Part shown: positions 12,749 through 23,696 of the stretch, in pieces | Layout: every line of letters begins with the position of its first letter | How positions within the stretch are numbered: position 1 is the stretch's first letter | Source of the DNA: Paraspadella gotoi | Lineage: Eukaryota > Animalia > Chaetognatha | Length of the DNA: 64,000 nucleotides | Direction: 5' to 3' | NCBI GenBank assembly: GCA_051294375.1 | Contig: CM119270.1 | Location: forward strand, 13,284,741-13,348,740 | Position numbers and translations under genes: made by a program | Notes under the pieces: model-generated | What the model was told of the DNA's origin: nothing | Seen by the model: the letters and a program-made list of their open reading frames with translations, nothing else | The model's database searches: none

Positions 12749-13439
12749 CGCCTTGGAAACTCAGACGAAAGTCTCACTGACGTCAACGACCAACGCCGGC
12801 AATCGTCCACTATCGCATAAACTCCCTATTCACGACTTACTTATCCCACTTTCATTTTGCGTCTAACAAAGGACTGCACTCCTTCAATAAGTCGCCCACA
12901 TTTAACAACCAATCAATATTCATCGGGTATTACGAATCCAACTTTCACTCCCACTTTAAGTACAAATACGACAGCAATTACTTCATACAAAGAACTCAAT
13001 CTTTTCCACGACAACGTCGCCCACAATCAACCACAATCAGTCGTCATCAATCATTTCGTCAGTGTTACAAGTCCAATTGCAACGAAGGCCAACTTGATTT
13101 CTTAACGTAGACCATCCACCAATTGAGTCCAACCCACTCTTCCTCATTTCATCGTTGTATTACGAGTCAAATACACAGTCCACAATCAACTACAATCAAT
13201 CATTATCCACTTCCTTTATCACATATTACGAGGTCCAATTGCAACGAGGGCCAACTTGCATTTCATCGACGAGACCATCCACAGTCGAGTCCAACCACAC
13301 CTCTTCCTTTCATTTCATCGAGTATTTACAGGTCCAACGCCAACGAAGAAACAAGTTCAGTCTTTTTCAACGAGAGGATCACGAAGAAAAACCGCTACGA
13401 AAACGGCTGTCGAATCTCAGCATCCATCACAACGAGTGA
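12749..13439 (+). pseudogene. Frameshifted ORF with internal ~80-90/162-bp repeats, ending ...QREDHEEKPLRKRLSNLSIHHNE*
   Basis: GTCCAATTGCAACGA(A/G)GGCCAACTTG at 13071 and 13233, with a third partial copy at 13332. Overlapping ORFs in all three + frames. Confidence 0.35.
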
Positions 13440-13600
13440 GTAAATATTTTTTTTTTATTATAAAATGGGGCTATATAGTTTTATTAATAGGTATATAGAA
13501 ATTAGAAGTGTAAAAGACTTCTAATTTCGTTAATCATCATCGTCGTCGTGATCGTCTTTGGTCAATGCATCGGATCTTTACTTAAAGAGGCGTAGAGACA

Positions 13601-14073
13601 ATGGATTTTCAAGGAGAGGAAGAGAAGATATAGAAATGACAGGCTAATTAAGAGAGAGAAAGGTGAGAGGAAAGAGGTGGGTTAGAGGAATATTTAGAAC
13701 CACTTCGCCTCAAGCGATAAGGCAGAATACCAAACGAAGATGATGGAAGAATTACAATTACTGCCAGTAGCTCCGAGAGTTCCGGGGAGAGAGAGAGGAA
13801 GAAGAAAGAGGGAAGAGGGATTCAACATTTACAGCCAGAGCTGAATGGGTGTGATGGGTTGATGGGCGAAGAACAAGGATGAAACAGATTGTAGAAGGAG
13901 AACGAGAACAAAAAGAATTGAAATGGCAAGAGGAAATACGCAGATTTATGAGGGATAGAGAGAGAGCTAGAAAGGAGAAAGGGGAGGCGATAGAGACATA
14001 GAAGAAGAAGAAGAGGAAGAAGAGGGATGGCCCGGCGAAGAGTGGAGCGAGTTTGAGGATTACGAAGAAATAG
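13601..14073 (+). pseudogene. Frameshifted acidic (Glu-rich) ORF, possibly spliced (GT 14074..AG 14138)
   Basis: ATG at 13601. Fragments read EYQTKMMEELQLLPVAPRVPG, VEGEREQKELKWQEEIRRFMRDRERARKEKGE and DRDIEEEEEEEEGWPGEEWSEFEDYEEI, and are not microsatellite-derived. Confidence 0.45.
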
Positions 14074-14138
14074 GTAAAAAATTAAAGTTAAATATTTAAA
14101 AGTAGAGGTATTATCACTTTTTATTTGCTCTTCATCAG

Positions 14139-15437
14139 AGATGACGTCGTTGGTCTCGGGATATCAATGGGAGTGCATGGACTACGAAATGTGAACATAT
14201 GTATATTTCTTCGTATATGCATCATAATAATATTATGAGTTAGAAAATGTACTAAATAAACCCAGCGTCAGGTGTTAAGTGCCAAGGTTACAGATCTTTT
14301 TTTCAAATAAAGAATCTATGTAAAATCTTTTTAAGAGTACAATTGGCTCATGCGTAGGTTTTAATCTTTTAAGCAGAAAAAATTATATGTGGCGATATGG
14401 CATTCATGTTATTGTATAACAGGAACCGGCATTTTTTTTTTTTTTCCAATACAATGGATTTTTAGTGAATACGATTCGTGCGTAGGATTTAAATCTCTTT
14501 TAATCATTTTTTACAAGGATAAGTGTATGTAGGTGAGGTAATTCACGCCCCATTTCCGCAATAGAAGTAGCGTATATAAATAAAGACCGGTGATGTCTTT
14601 CGACAGCGCATTTAAAAATGTCAGCGAGAAGCGATCGCTTTAAAATTTGTCTCAATAATAGATTTTAACAAATTGCCCAAAGATCAAAAAATTTGCATAC
14701 TTACAAACTAAAAAACCAGCATTGATTTTACAATAAATAATTAATTTCATGACTTTAAAAGATTTTCTTAAATGCATCAAAAGAGTTAAACCTAGAAGAT
14801 TATCCATTCTTATCGGAAACGTCTGAAACGAATAGAGCACTTACAAAGCAAACGCGATCAATTAGGATATAAAACGAAATTGAACTCATAATAAAATGGG
14901 CAAAAATCCAGAGCAGAAATTAAACTCTTTATCAGAGAACTCGTAAGAAAAAAAAGCGAATTCAGACTTTGCAGTAAGGGGAAACGAAAACATCAAATCG
15001 CTAATACTATTTTACTGGAAAAAGAACACAATAAGATAAAATTTATTAACTAAAAATGGAATTAATCAAGAATATGGAAATGTGCGAAGGGGGTTACATA
15101 ATGGGACTAAAAATGAAAAGCTCAAATAATTAAATTTAGAAACAAATGATCCCATTCGCGTAGAAACTTGTATAAAGTTTAGTTCAACGACTTAAAGAAT
15201 TATCCTAAGTCTTTACAAAATTAAACAGTTTATGTGCGATCCTGAAAGATCGGATTTCGCGATCAAAGAGAAGACGAAGACACACTACGAAAGAGATGGA
15301 CAAATTTACTTAGAAGTATATTACTAGAAACGAAGAAGAGAAGCAACATTAAGTTTTCCGTCCCTGGCCAAACAAGGTGCGACAACGAGGACGACGAATT
15401 ACTACGAAAGCAAAGACTTGACCGTCTGCATAATTAA
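14139..15437 (+). pseudogene. Frameshifted coding-like region(s) of unknown function, ending ...DNEDDELLRKQRLDRLHN*
   Basis: Protein-like fragments such as KIICGDMAFMLLYNRN and KSRAEIKLFIRELVRKKSEFRLCSKGKRKHQIANTILLEKEHNKIKFIN, plus an open frame at 15246-15437 (IGFRDQREDEDTLRKRWTNLLRSILLETKKRSN...). Confidence 0.35.
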
Positions 15438-15588
15438 GGGCATTTTTAATTGTCGATTTTTTAAATTTTTTAACATTTCAAAGCGAAGCGATAATTGATA
15501 TGTTTCCATGCAGATGCGACAATTGTAATAAGATTTGTCGACAATTGTTCTAAGGACAAACAGTGTTCCGAATGATAGGTTTTTTAAT

Positions 15589-15671
15589 TTAAAGTTTGGC
15601 GGCCATCGTTCGCATGACCGCCAACTTTAATACCTAATAAAAAATCCCACCGGGGAAGCTTCGCTTCCCCG
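15589..15671. terminator. Two TTC/GAA-triloop hairpins flanking AATAAA between convergent ORFs
   Basis: TTAAAGTT(T)GGCGGCCATCG-TTC-GCATGACCGCCAACTTTAA (imperfect) and perfect CGGGGAAGC-TTC-GCTTCCCCG (15651-15671). AATAAA lies at 15636 on +, and ATTAAA on - near 15583. Confidence 0.55.
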
Positions 15672-15873
15672 TTGACATTTTTGCTTCGTAGTTCCAATCG
15701 ATTTACCATTATTAGTTCCATTTCTTTGCATGTCCTATATTTCTTCAATAAAAATGTTCTTGTTGTTTACGATCGTCGTCTTTTTCGATAGACTACGCCT
15801 CACATTTTCTTAGTCGAGTTAATAACAAAGATCTTGATTTTCCGAGAAACGTTTCTAGTTATTATATAGACAT
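15600..15873 (-). pseudogene. Short frameshifted ORF converging on the hairpins
   Basis: ATG at 15873. Fragments read LETFLGKSRSLLLTRLRKCE and LKKYRTCKEMELIMVNRLELRSKNVNGEAKLPRWDFLLG. Confidence 0.25.
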
Positions 15874-16080
15874 TTAAATATTAAATAACTGACTAGCTCT
15901 TGTTTTTTTTTAAAACTATACATTAACTAAAAATACTAAACAATTTGATAAAGTATTATAAAGATTGCCGTAGAATAACAGACAAGTCTATACTACTGCA
16001 TAATATGTTTATGAATGCATATATACATAACGCCGTGTCAATATCGATAACAGTCGTCTTTTAGGCGCGGCTAAAGAGTC

Positions 16081-16380
16081 GATGACGTGTGATACGTCTG
16101 TCATACAAAAGAAGTTAGTACAGTCAAAATTGATGACGTCGTTAATACACGAGAGTAGTGGTGTGGTCTAAAGTGATGACGTCGTGCTATACCCCGGGAG
16201 TAGTGGCGTGTGGTCGGGATGGTGACGTCATGTCATATCGCGTAAAAATATAAAAAGAAATTGTTAGATAAAAGGTCTGTTCTATGGCGAAAAAAAAATG
16301 CTCGAGAATGCGGATGTAACATTCCTTTTCGATGAAGTCTGTCATACAGTAAGCAGGTGTGGCCGGAATGATGACGTCAT
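16081..16380. promoter_or_regulatory. Degenerate ~43-46-bp repeat array with CRE/ATF cores (TGACGT)
   Basis: TGACGT at 16083, 16134, 16177, 16223 and 16372 (full TGACGTCA at 16223 and 16372). Units share ATAC..GAGTAGTGG(C)GTGTGGTC..GATGACGTC. Confidence 0.65.
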
Positions 16381-16435
16381 AAGAAAGGAATGTACATCCG
16401 GCATCTTGATTTTTCGCAATAGAACAGACCTTTTA
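16269..16435. repeat. Imperfect inverted repeat (arms 16269-16339 / 16373-16435) at the island edge
   Basis: TAAAAGGTCTGTTCTATGGCGAAAAA..ATGCGGATGTAACATTCCTTT is the reverse complement of AAAGGAATGTACATCCGGCAT..TTTTTCGCAATAGAACAGACCTTTTA. Confidence 0.85.
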
Positions 16436-16441
16436 CGATCT

Positions 16442-17805
16442 TATTAACCCCACGGCAGAGATGCGAGGGGACCTTTTTATATTCTAATCACGAGTACTGA
16501 AACAGAAAACTGGAATTTAAAAAAAGATGAAAAAATGAGTTTTATGGTGGAACTGTCTTATTTTCCCTTCTATTTTCTTTCCTTTTTTTTCTTTCCCGAT
16601 CATTATTTTTTTTATCTCTCGTTCCTTTCTGTATTATTGAATAAAGTACACATCGTTATATTAATTAATTATTAGTCAAAACAATTTGGAAATTAATTTC
16701 ACTTTGCTTAGAATCAGATGAAGCTGTGTTCACCGTTTTTAATGTGAGTTATTGTTTAAAAAATATCACTTACTCACACACTCACGCAGAGGAGAAAGAG
16801 AGAGAGAGAGGAGAGAGATAGAGAGAGAGAAGTACCTCTTCCCTCTTTCCTCCTCTACTCAATTGATCGCAACTGGAAAAGTTGTACTTACATTTGTTTA
16901 CAAATCATATACTTCTCAAACAAGTCTTATAGAAAACTGACTTTTACTTTCATCTTTTTTTATTGTAAAACTGGAGGCTCAAAATTCATCTATGGAGAAT
17001 AACAACCCAATTACTAAAATAATGAAACAGTCACTTCCCTTGGCTTTAATTGCTACTTATTAGCGGGCCATAATTTAAAAAACATTTTTAACAATATGAA
17101 GACAGTCTGCAATAAAAATTTTGTCCTTTTACAACCAAATTGACCTTATTGATGTTAGATTTTGATTAAAATCATTTTCCAATGCATGGAAACATTTTTA
17201 ATAGTTTAATAATATATATAAAAAATTTTAAAAATTTCTTTGGAAATTTAAATTTTTAAAATTGATTCTGATAAAAGTGAAATAAGGTTAGTATTACAAA
17301 TTTTAAAAAATTAATGATAAATGGGTTAAAATTGAAATAACCTTAAAAATCATCTTGTCATCATCAATAATTTGATTATTTTGTTTTATTTCATAACAAT
17401 CATTAAAATTTCAAAAAAAGAGAAAGAAAGTAAGAAAAAAAGAAAATAAAAAATGAAAAAGAAAGAAAAGAGAAGAAGAAAGAAAAGGAAGAAAGACAAA
17501 AATAAAAGAAAAATAAATAAGAAAATATTGGAAGTAGAAAAGCAAATGAAGGGATAGGTTTCTGACGAAGATGATTAAAGGTATGTATCATTGTATGTAT
17601 AAAGAAAGATTATCAAGAAATGTTAAAAATTATATTGCTAAAAGAGAAAAAGTCTAGAGTCGGAGAGAGAAAGAAAGAGAAAATGTGACGAAAATTGAGA
17701 GAGAAAAAACTCTGAGCGAAAACAAATTCGCTCATAATTACATTTGAAATTTCATTTGGAAAGATTTTAACAAAAAGCCCCAACACGCTGCCGCCAATAA
17801 AATAC
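16442..17805 (+). repeat. Segment B, repeated inverted at 24040-25424, 27423-28425 and 37455-38490
   Basis: Collinear reverse complements with indel noise. Confidence 0.93.
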
Positions 17806-17879
17806 TCTCTCTCTCTCTCTCTCTCTCCTCTCTCTCTTCTCTCTTCTTCTCTCTCCTTTTCTGCTCTCTCTCTTCTCTC

Positions 17880-18831
17880 TCTATGTTCCAGGGATGTGAG
17901 CGCTCCCTTATTTTAGTATTTTTCTTCTTCGTGAATTCATTTTCGAAATTTTTTTTTTTTTTTTTTTGCGACTGGAAAATCGATATCTCTGTTGCTCCAT
18001 CTTTTATTCTTTCTTCATTCTCCAATCGCTGCTTCATTTCTTTCCCTTCTTCCGAACGATTCTTTTTTTCTCTTTCAATCACAGTTAACATTAGTACTAC
18101 TTTTAGCATCGTATCCAATATCATAACATAACATATCCCATTCACTTTTTGCTAAATCTATTAACTATCCAGAATATTCATTAAGGCGGTAAAATTTATC
18201 GTTTTTTTATCATGAGAGGTCAGTATATAATTTGCGTCTCTGAAGATACTAAATACACAAGACATATTGCAATACATAACAATTGAACATTCTTTGAACA
18301 TTATAACTTTTATTAAATAGGAAGAGCGTTTAAAAAAGTCCAAAGTCAAAGACACGATAGCTTATTTATTAAAAGAATGGATAATTTTATTTAGTTGTAC
18401 CAATTTCAATACTTATTTCGCAGAACTTAGTTTTTAACTTGTCATCCTTTCCCCTCCTTTCCTTTCCCCAAACTTTCTTCCCCTCCTTCCTCCCCTCCTT
18501 CCTTTCCCTCTCCTTCCTTCCCCTCCTTTCTTTCCCAACTTTCCTTCCCCTCCTTTCCTTCCCCTCCTTTCTTTCCTCTCCTTTCTTCCCCTCTTTCCTT
18601 TCCTCTCCTTTCCTTCCCCCTCCTTCCCTTTCCCTCTCCTTCCTTCCCCTCCTCTCATTCCCCCCCTTTCCTTTCCCCCTTTCCCCCTTCATCCATATTC
18701 GGCGTTGCCTAAGAAACCGTTGTCCCTCTCGACGTCTCCGTTTACGATGTCATACTGTTGTAAAACAACGAAGACAATGAAAAATATGGGCGGAGGGATT
18801 GAAGACGGACCGGTCGGGGAGGTGGTGCATC

Positions 18832-18900
<69 letters not shown>

Positions 18901-18978
18901 AAGAGAGAAGAAGAAGAAGAAAGAAAAAAAAGAAAGAAGAAAGAAAGAAAGAAAGAAAAGAAAGAAAGAAAGAAGAAA
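17880..18978 (+). repeat. Segment C, direct copy at 19620-20700 and partial inverted copy at 19004-19542
   Basis: Shared anchors ATGTTCCAGGGATGTGAGCGCTCCC and GAAGACGGACC..GCATCATGAGAG. Confidence 0.93.
18275..18411 (+). mobile_element. Deleted copy of the ~270-bp repeat (duplicated with segment C at ~19066-19205 and ~20015-20153)
   Basis: ACAATTGAACATT..ATAGGAAG|GTCCAAAGTCAAAGACACGATAGCTTATTTATTAAAAGAATGG..GTTGTACCAATTTCA. Confidence 0.65.
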
Positions 18979-19565
18979 NNNNNNNNNNNNNNNNNNNNNN
19001 NNNGGGAAAGGAAAGGAGGGGAAAGGATAGGACAAGTTAAAAACTAAAAGTTCTGCGAAATAAGTAATGAAATTGGTACAACTAAAATAAAAATTATCCA
19101 TTCTTTTAATAAATAAGCTATCGTGTCTTTGACTTTGGACTTTTTAAACGCTCTTCCTATTTAATAAAAGTTATAATGTTTCAAAGAATGTTTCAATTGT
19201 TTATGTATGTGCAATATGTCTTGTGTATTTAGTATCTTTCAGAGACTGCAAAATTATATTACTGACCTTCTCATGATAAAAAACGATAAATTTTACCCGC
19301 CTTAATGAATATTCTGGATAGTTAATAGTTTAGCAAAAAGTGGAATGGGATATGTTATGTATGATATATTGGATACGATGCTAAAAAGTAGTACTAATGT
19401 TAAACTTGTGATTGAAAGAGAAAAAAAGAATCGTTTCGGGAAGAAGGGAAAGAAATTGAAAGCAGCGATTGGAAGAATGAAGAAAGAATAAAAGATGAGC
19501 AACAGAGATATCGATTTTCCAGTCGCAAAAAAAAAAAAAAAACTCTCTCTCTCTCTCTCTTCTCC

Positions 19566-19598
<33 letters not shown>

Positions 19599-20572
19599 TC
19601 TCTCCTCTCTCTCTCTCTTCATGTTCCAGGGATGTGAGCGCTCCCTTATTTTAGTATTTTCTTCTTCGTGAATTCATTTTCGAAATTTTTTTTTTTTTTT
19701 TTTTGCGACTGGAAAATCGATATCTCTGTTGCTCATCTTTTATTCTTTCTTCATTCTTCCAATCGCTGCTTCATTTCTTTCCTTCTTCCGAACGATTCTT
19801 TTTTTCTCTTTCAATTCACAAGTTAACATTAGTCTACTTTTTAGCATCGTATCCAAATATCATACATAACATATCCCATTCACTTTTTGCTAAATCTATT
19901 AACTATCCAGAATATTCATTAAGGCGGGTAAAATTATCGTTTTTTTATCATGAGAGGTCAGTAATATAATTTGCAGTTCTGAAGATACTAAATACAAAGA
20001 CATATTGCAATACATAAACAATTGAAAACATTCTTTGAAACATTATAACTTTTTATTAAATAGGAAGAGCGTTTAAAAAAGTCCAAAGTCAAAGACACGA
20101 TAGCTTATTTATTAAAAGAATGGATAATTTTTATTTAGTTGTCCAATTTCAATACTATTTCGCAGAACTTAGTTTTTAACTGTCTATCCTTTCCCTCTTT
20201 CCTTTCCCCAAACTTTCCTTCCCCTCCTTTCCTTCCCCTTCCTTCTTTCCCTCTTCCTTCCTTCCCCTCCTTTTTTCCCAACTTTCCTTCCCCCCTTTCC
20301 TTCCCCTCCTTTCCTTTCCTCTCCTTTCTTCCCCCTCCTTTCCTTTCCTCTCCTTTCCTTCCCCTCCTTTCCCTTTCCCTCTCCTTCCTTCCCCTCCTTC
20401 TTCCCCCCTTTCCTTTCCCCCTTTCCCCCTTCATCCATATTCGGCGTTGCAGAAACGTTGTCCCTCTCGACGTCTCCGTTTACGATGTCATAACTGTTGT
20501 AAAACAACGAAGACAATGAAAAATATGGGCGGATGGGATTGAAGACGGACCCCGTCGGGGAGGTGGCATCAT

Positions 20573-20646
<74 letters not shown>

Positions 20647-23600
20647 AAGAAGAAGAAGAAAGAAAAGAAAAAGAAAGAAAGAAAGAAAGAAAGAAAGAAG
20701 AAAGAAAGAAAGAAAGAAAGACAGAAAGAAAACATTGAGAGGAGAGAGAGAGAAGACAGAGCAGAGAGAATAAAAAGAAACGAACGAGACAATGAGAGAT
20801 TTCCTCAAAGACGCGGCGGGTACAGAACTGTTTTGAGAAAAGTGTAAAATTGTAAAAGAGGTTGGATTCAACATTGTTATTTACGAATCCGTCTTCTGCA
20901 ATGGGTAAGCGTAACGAAGAGGAGGGTGAGGAGGAGGGAAGAGGAAGAAGAGTGATTATATTGTATTCGGACGGAAGAGACTAAATTCGACGAAATGGTC
21001 CATGATTCGTAAAGGGGGCGGGGGGAGAGGCGACGCTAAGTGGGACGGGGGTATAGAGATGAGTGAGAGTAAAGGGGGGGGTGGAAAGAAAGAGAGAGAG
21101 TGAGGAAGTCGGAGGAGGGGGGGGGAAAGGATAGAACGAGGGTCGGGGGGGGTGGAGGGAGAGGCAGACCGTGGGCCCAGTTTAAGTCGCTGTCTTGGTG
21201 CGAATGGCTTCGACCCGGAATCTCGACCGTCCCGTCGTCGTCGTCGGTCGTCATTTGTCGCCAAAGTCGGCTTTCACGTCTTTCTTTTTTTCTTTTTTCT
21301 CGTTTTATTCAGCGCATTTTATTTGTTTCTATTTGGTTCTTAAGCGTGATTCTTTTATTTAACGGCCTTCGTTTCTTTTCCGATGGAATAGTCTTACAAT
21401 TTAATTTGAATCATAAACGTATAAATGAATCAAGAGAAAGAGATTGCGTGATAAAACGAAATGATTTGATCTTTCTACGCAGTTGATTAGATTCTTGGAA
21501 AATAAAAACTTTTTTTTCAACGAGCGCTGATGGCAAGGGGTGCGGCGAAGGAAAAAAAACGGCAAATTGCTGATGGAACATGGCATGGCCAATGGAGCCT
21601 TCTTATAGCATTTGAAAAGATGGCGCGATTCGATGCAATGACAGCGGCAACGGCCATTGGCCGACGTCAATTACCGGAACACAATCTGTTCATCTCCAAG
21701 TTCCGTAATCCGACCGCACGTCGGATTCTTTCCATTCGAAAATCATAAACAAAAATGCTAGGGGTCCGTTCCCCCCCAGCTACTTTTTTTAATATTTTTT
21801 TTTTTTAATAAACGAAAATGAAGTTTCACCCAAAATTGAGTGATACAAAAATTTTAAAATGAATCTTAGGAAAAAAATATTTGAATAAAAAATACATTGC
21901 AAAGTGTTGAAGGTTTTATCAAAAACATAAATACACATTTTATGACATTTTAAATCGATTTTGCGTCCAATACGAGTCATACGTCGTCGTCTTATAATTT
22001 TTGATCTTTGTGTTTTATTTGTTGCTTTGTCGTCGTCTGCTGTTGTCGTCCACGTTGACTCGTTATGTCGTCGTCGACTTCGTCTTCATTGTCGTTGTCA
22101 CCCTCGTCGTCGTCGTTATTGCAGATGTTAATTCCACGCGACCAAAATAGAGCGAAAAAAAAATAGCAAAGAAAATCCATCCAGGCAAAAAGTATTATCA
22201 CTTTTTGTGGATGATACTGCTTAAAAACTTGTTTAATATTTAAAAAAAATCTTTTTTAGCTCAAATCATTTAAAGTGTTATAGGAAAAAAGAATACTACC
22301 TTAATATAAAAAAATGGTCTTTCCACATTCTTAGTAATTATTAAATGATTTATTTTATTTTTAAATTAATTATTTTTTTTTAATTCTTTGTTATTGGCTA
22401 TGCCAGGTATACACCTCTCTTTGTTTATAAGTGCTAATATAGATCTTATAATAGAAGAAAAGACTCAACAATTATCAGCATATAGACTAAACTTAATCAT
22501 TCCACCGCTATAAAAATTTTTACTGCCGAAATAACAAATAAAATTATTTATCGTGACCTTCCCTTTAGAAGACAAAAAAGAGGTATGCCGAGGAGAGTAT
22601 ACCGAAATATTGAGCATATTTTTACCCATATTTTATATATTTTTATTAGTAAAATTAACTTTTAACAATTATGTGATATAACTCTATTGCTAGATGGTAT
22701 CCTTCTTCTTTTCTCCTTTACGGAAATGGCTGACGTTCATCCGAGGTCATTTTTGCCGCTCATTCGCGGTCATTTTTTGGGAGAAGAGGTTCATTTTTGG
22801 AGGGTCGTGACTTGTGGCAATTTGGATGCGCCTTTTTGCCGCGCGGTCGTTTAGAAAGGGAAGAGCTTAAGATTAAAAAGAGGAGGGAATTTCTGTATTG
22901 GCGTGTTAACTCGTCGTCGTCATCGTCGTCGTCGTCTATCGTCGTCAGGTGCGGACATCGGTGAACGTTAAGAGTCATAATGGTTGTCATTTTACTTCTT
23001 TATCGTCTTTTTTCATATCAAAGTCTAAATAAAAATAAAAGAAAAATCTTTCGCGACGGCGTTCTCCTGCTAAAAGGATAGAATTTGCGTCATTCAAATT
23101 AGCCGTAACTGCCGATAACCGCAGGCAATGGCAAAAGAGCAGTAAGAGCAGTGAGAACCGCGGAGAGTTTCAGCATCGACAAACATGCAGCTGCCGCGGT
23201 CGCACGGCCTCCTCGCGTCTCGACATTGACGGACGAAGAAAAGAGGCGAAAAATGCGGTTTTTGACCGTCGGTGGGAGGGCGGAGGGGGGGGAAAGCGCA
23301 TTCGGTCACGTTTGAATCGTCGTCGTCATCGTCGTTCTCGATCGTCGGGTGTCAACGTCGTCGTCGGCTCTTCGTTCCTTCACGGTGACTTCTATTGATC
23401 TAAAGTTATGTTTTATTTGATTTATATGTTTTCAACAAGACCGTTTTTTGAACATAGTAACTTGAACGATGATATCATCATTGGCAAATAACGTTTAACT
23501 TTAAACTTTAAATTTAAAAAGCCGCGTGCACTGTCCACAGTGCCCAAGTCCTAATACCCTCCCCGCTCCTCTCCTTCCAACTCCTTCACTCAGCTACTTT

Positions 23601-23663
23601 TCAGCTCTTTTTCTGGTGGAGTTTTTTCTTTGGCAGACTTAACGCATTAAGGACGACGACGAC

Positions 23664-23696
<33 letters not shown>

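Larger units (their letters stand above)
11783..16441. mobile_element. Single-copy, coding-dense, frameshifted island; putative terminal fragment of a DNA virus or Maverick/Polinton-like element
   Basis: No long microsatellites over 4.7 kb. Both flanks occur elsewhere in the window with different neighbours. Contains a RING gene, an acidic ORF, convergent ORFs with hairpins, a CRE array and an end fold-back. No polymerase, capsid or integrase motif was recognised. Confidence 0.45.

Noticed and set aside
12745-12780. CCGATGA...GGAAAC resembling a hammerhead ribozyme core
   Set aside because: The core is CCGATGA rather than CTGATGA, stem II does not pair, and no stem I/III with a UH site could be built.
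14380-14560. WHSCYC / YVGEV fragments reminiscent of adenovirus E4orf6
   Set aside because: Only a few residues match, in frames that conflict with the alternative reading; this is chance level.
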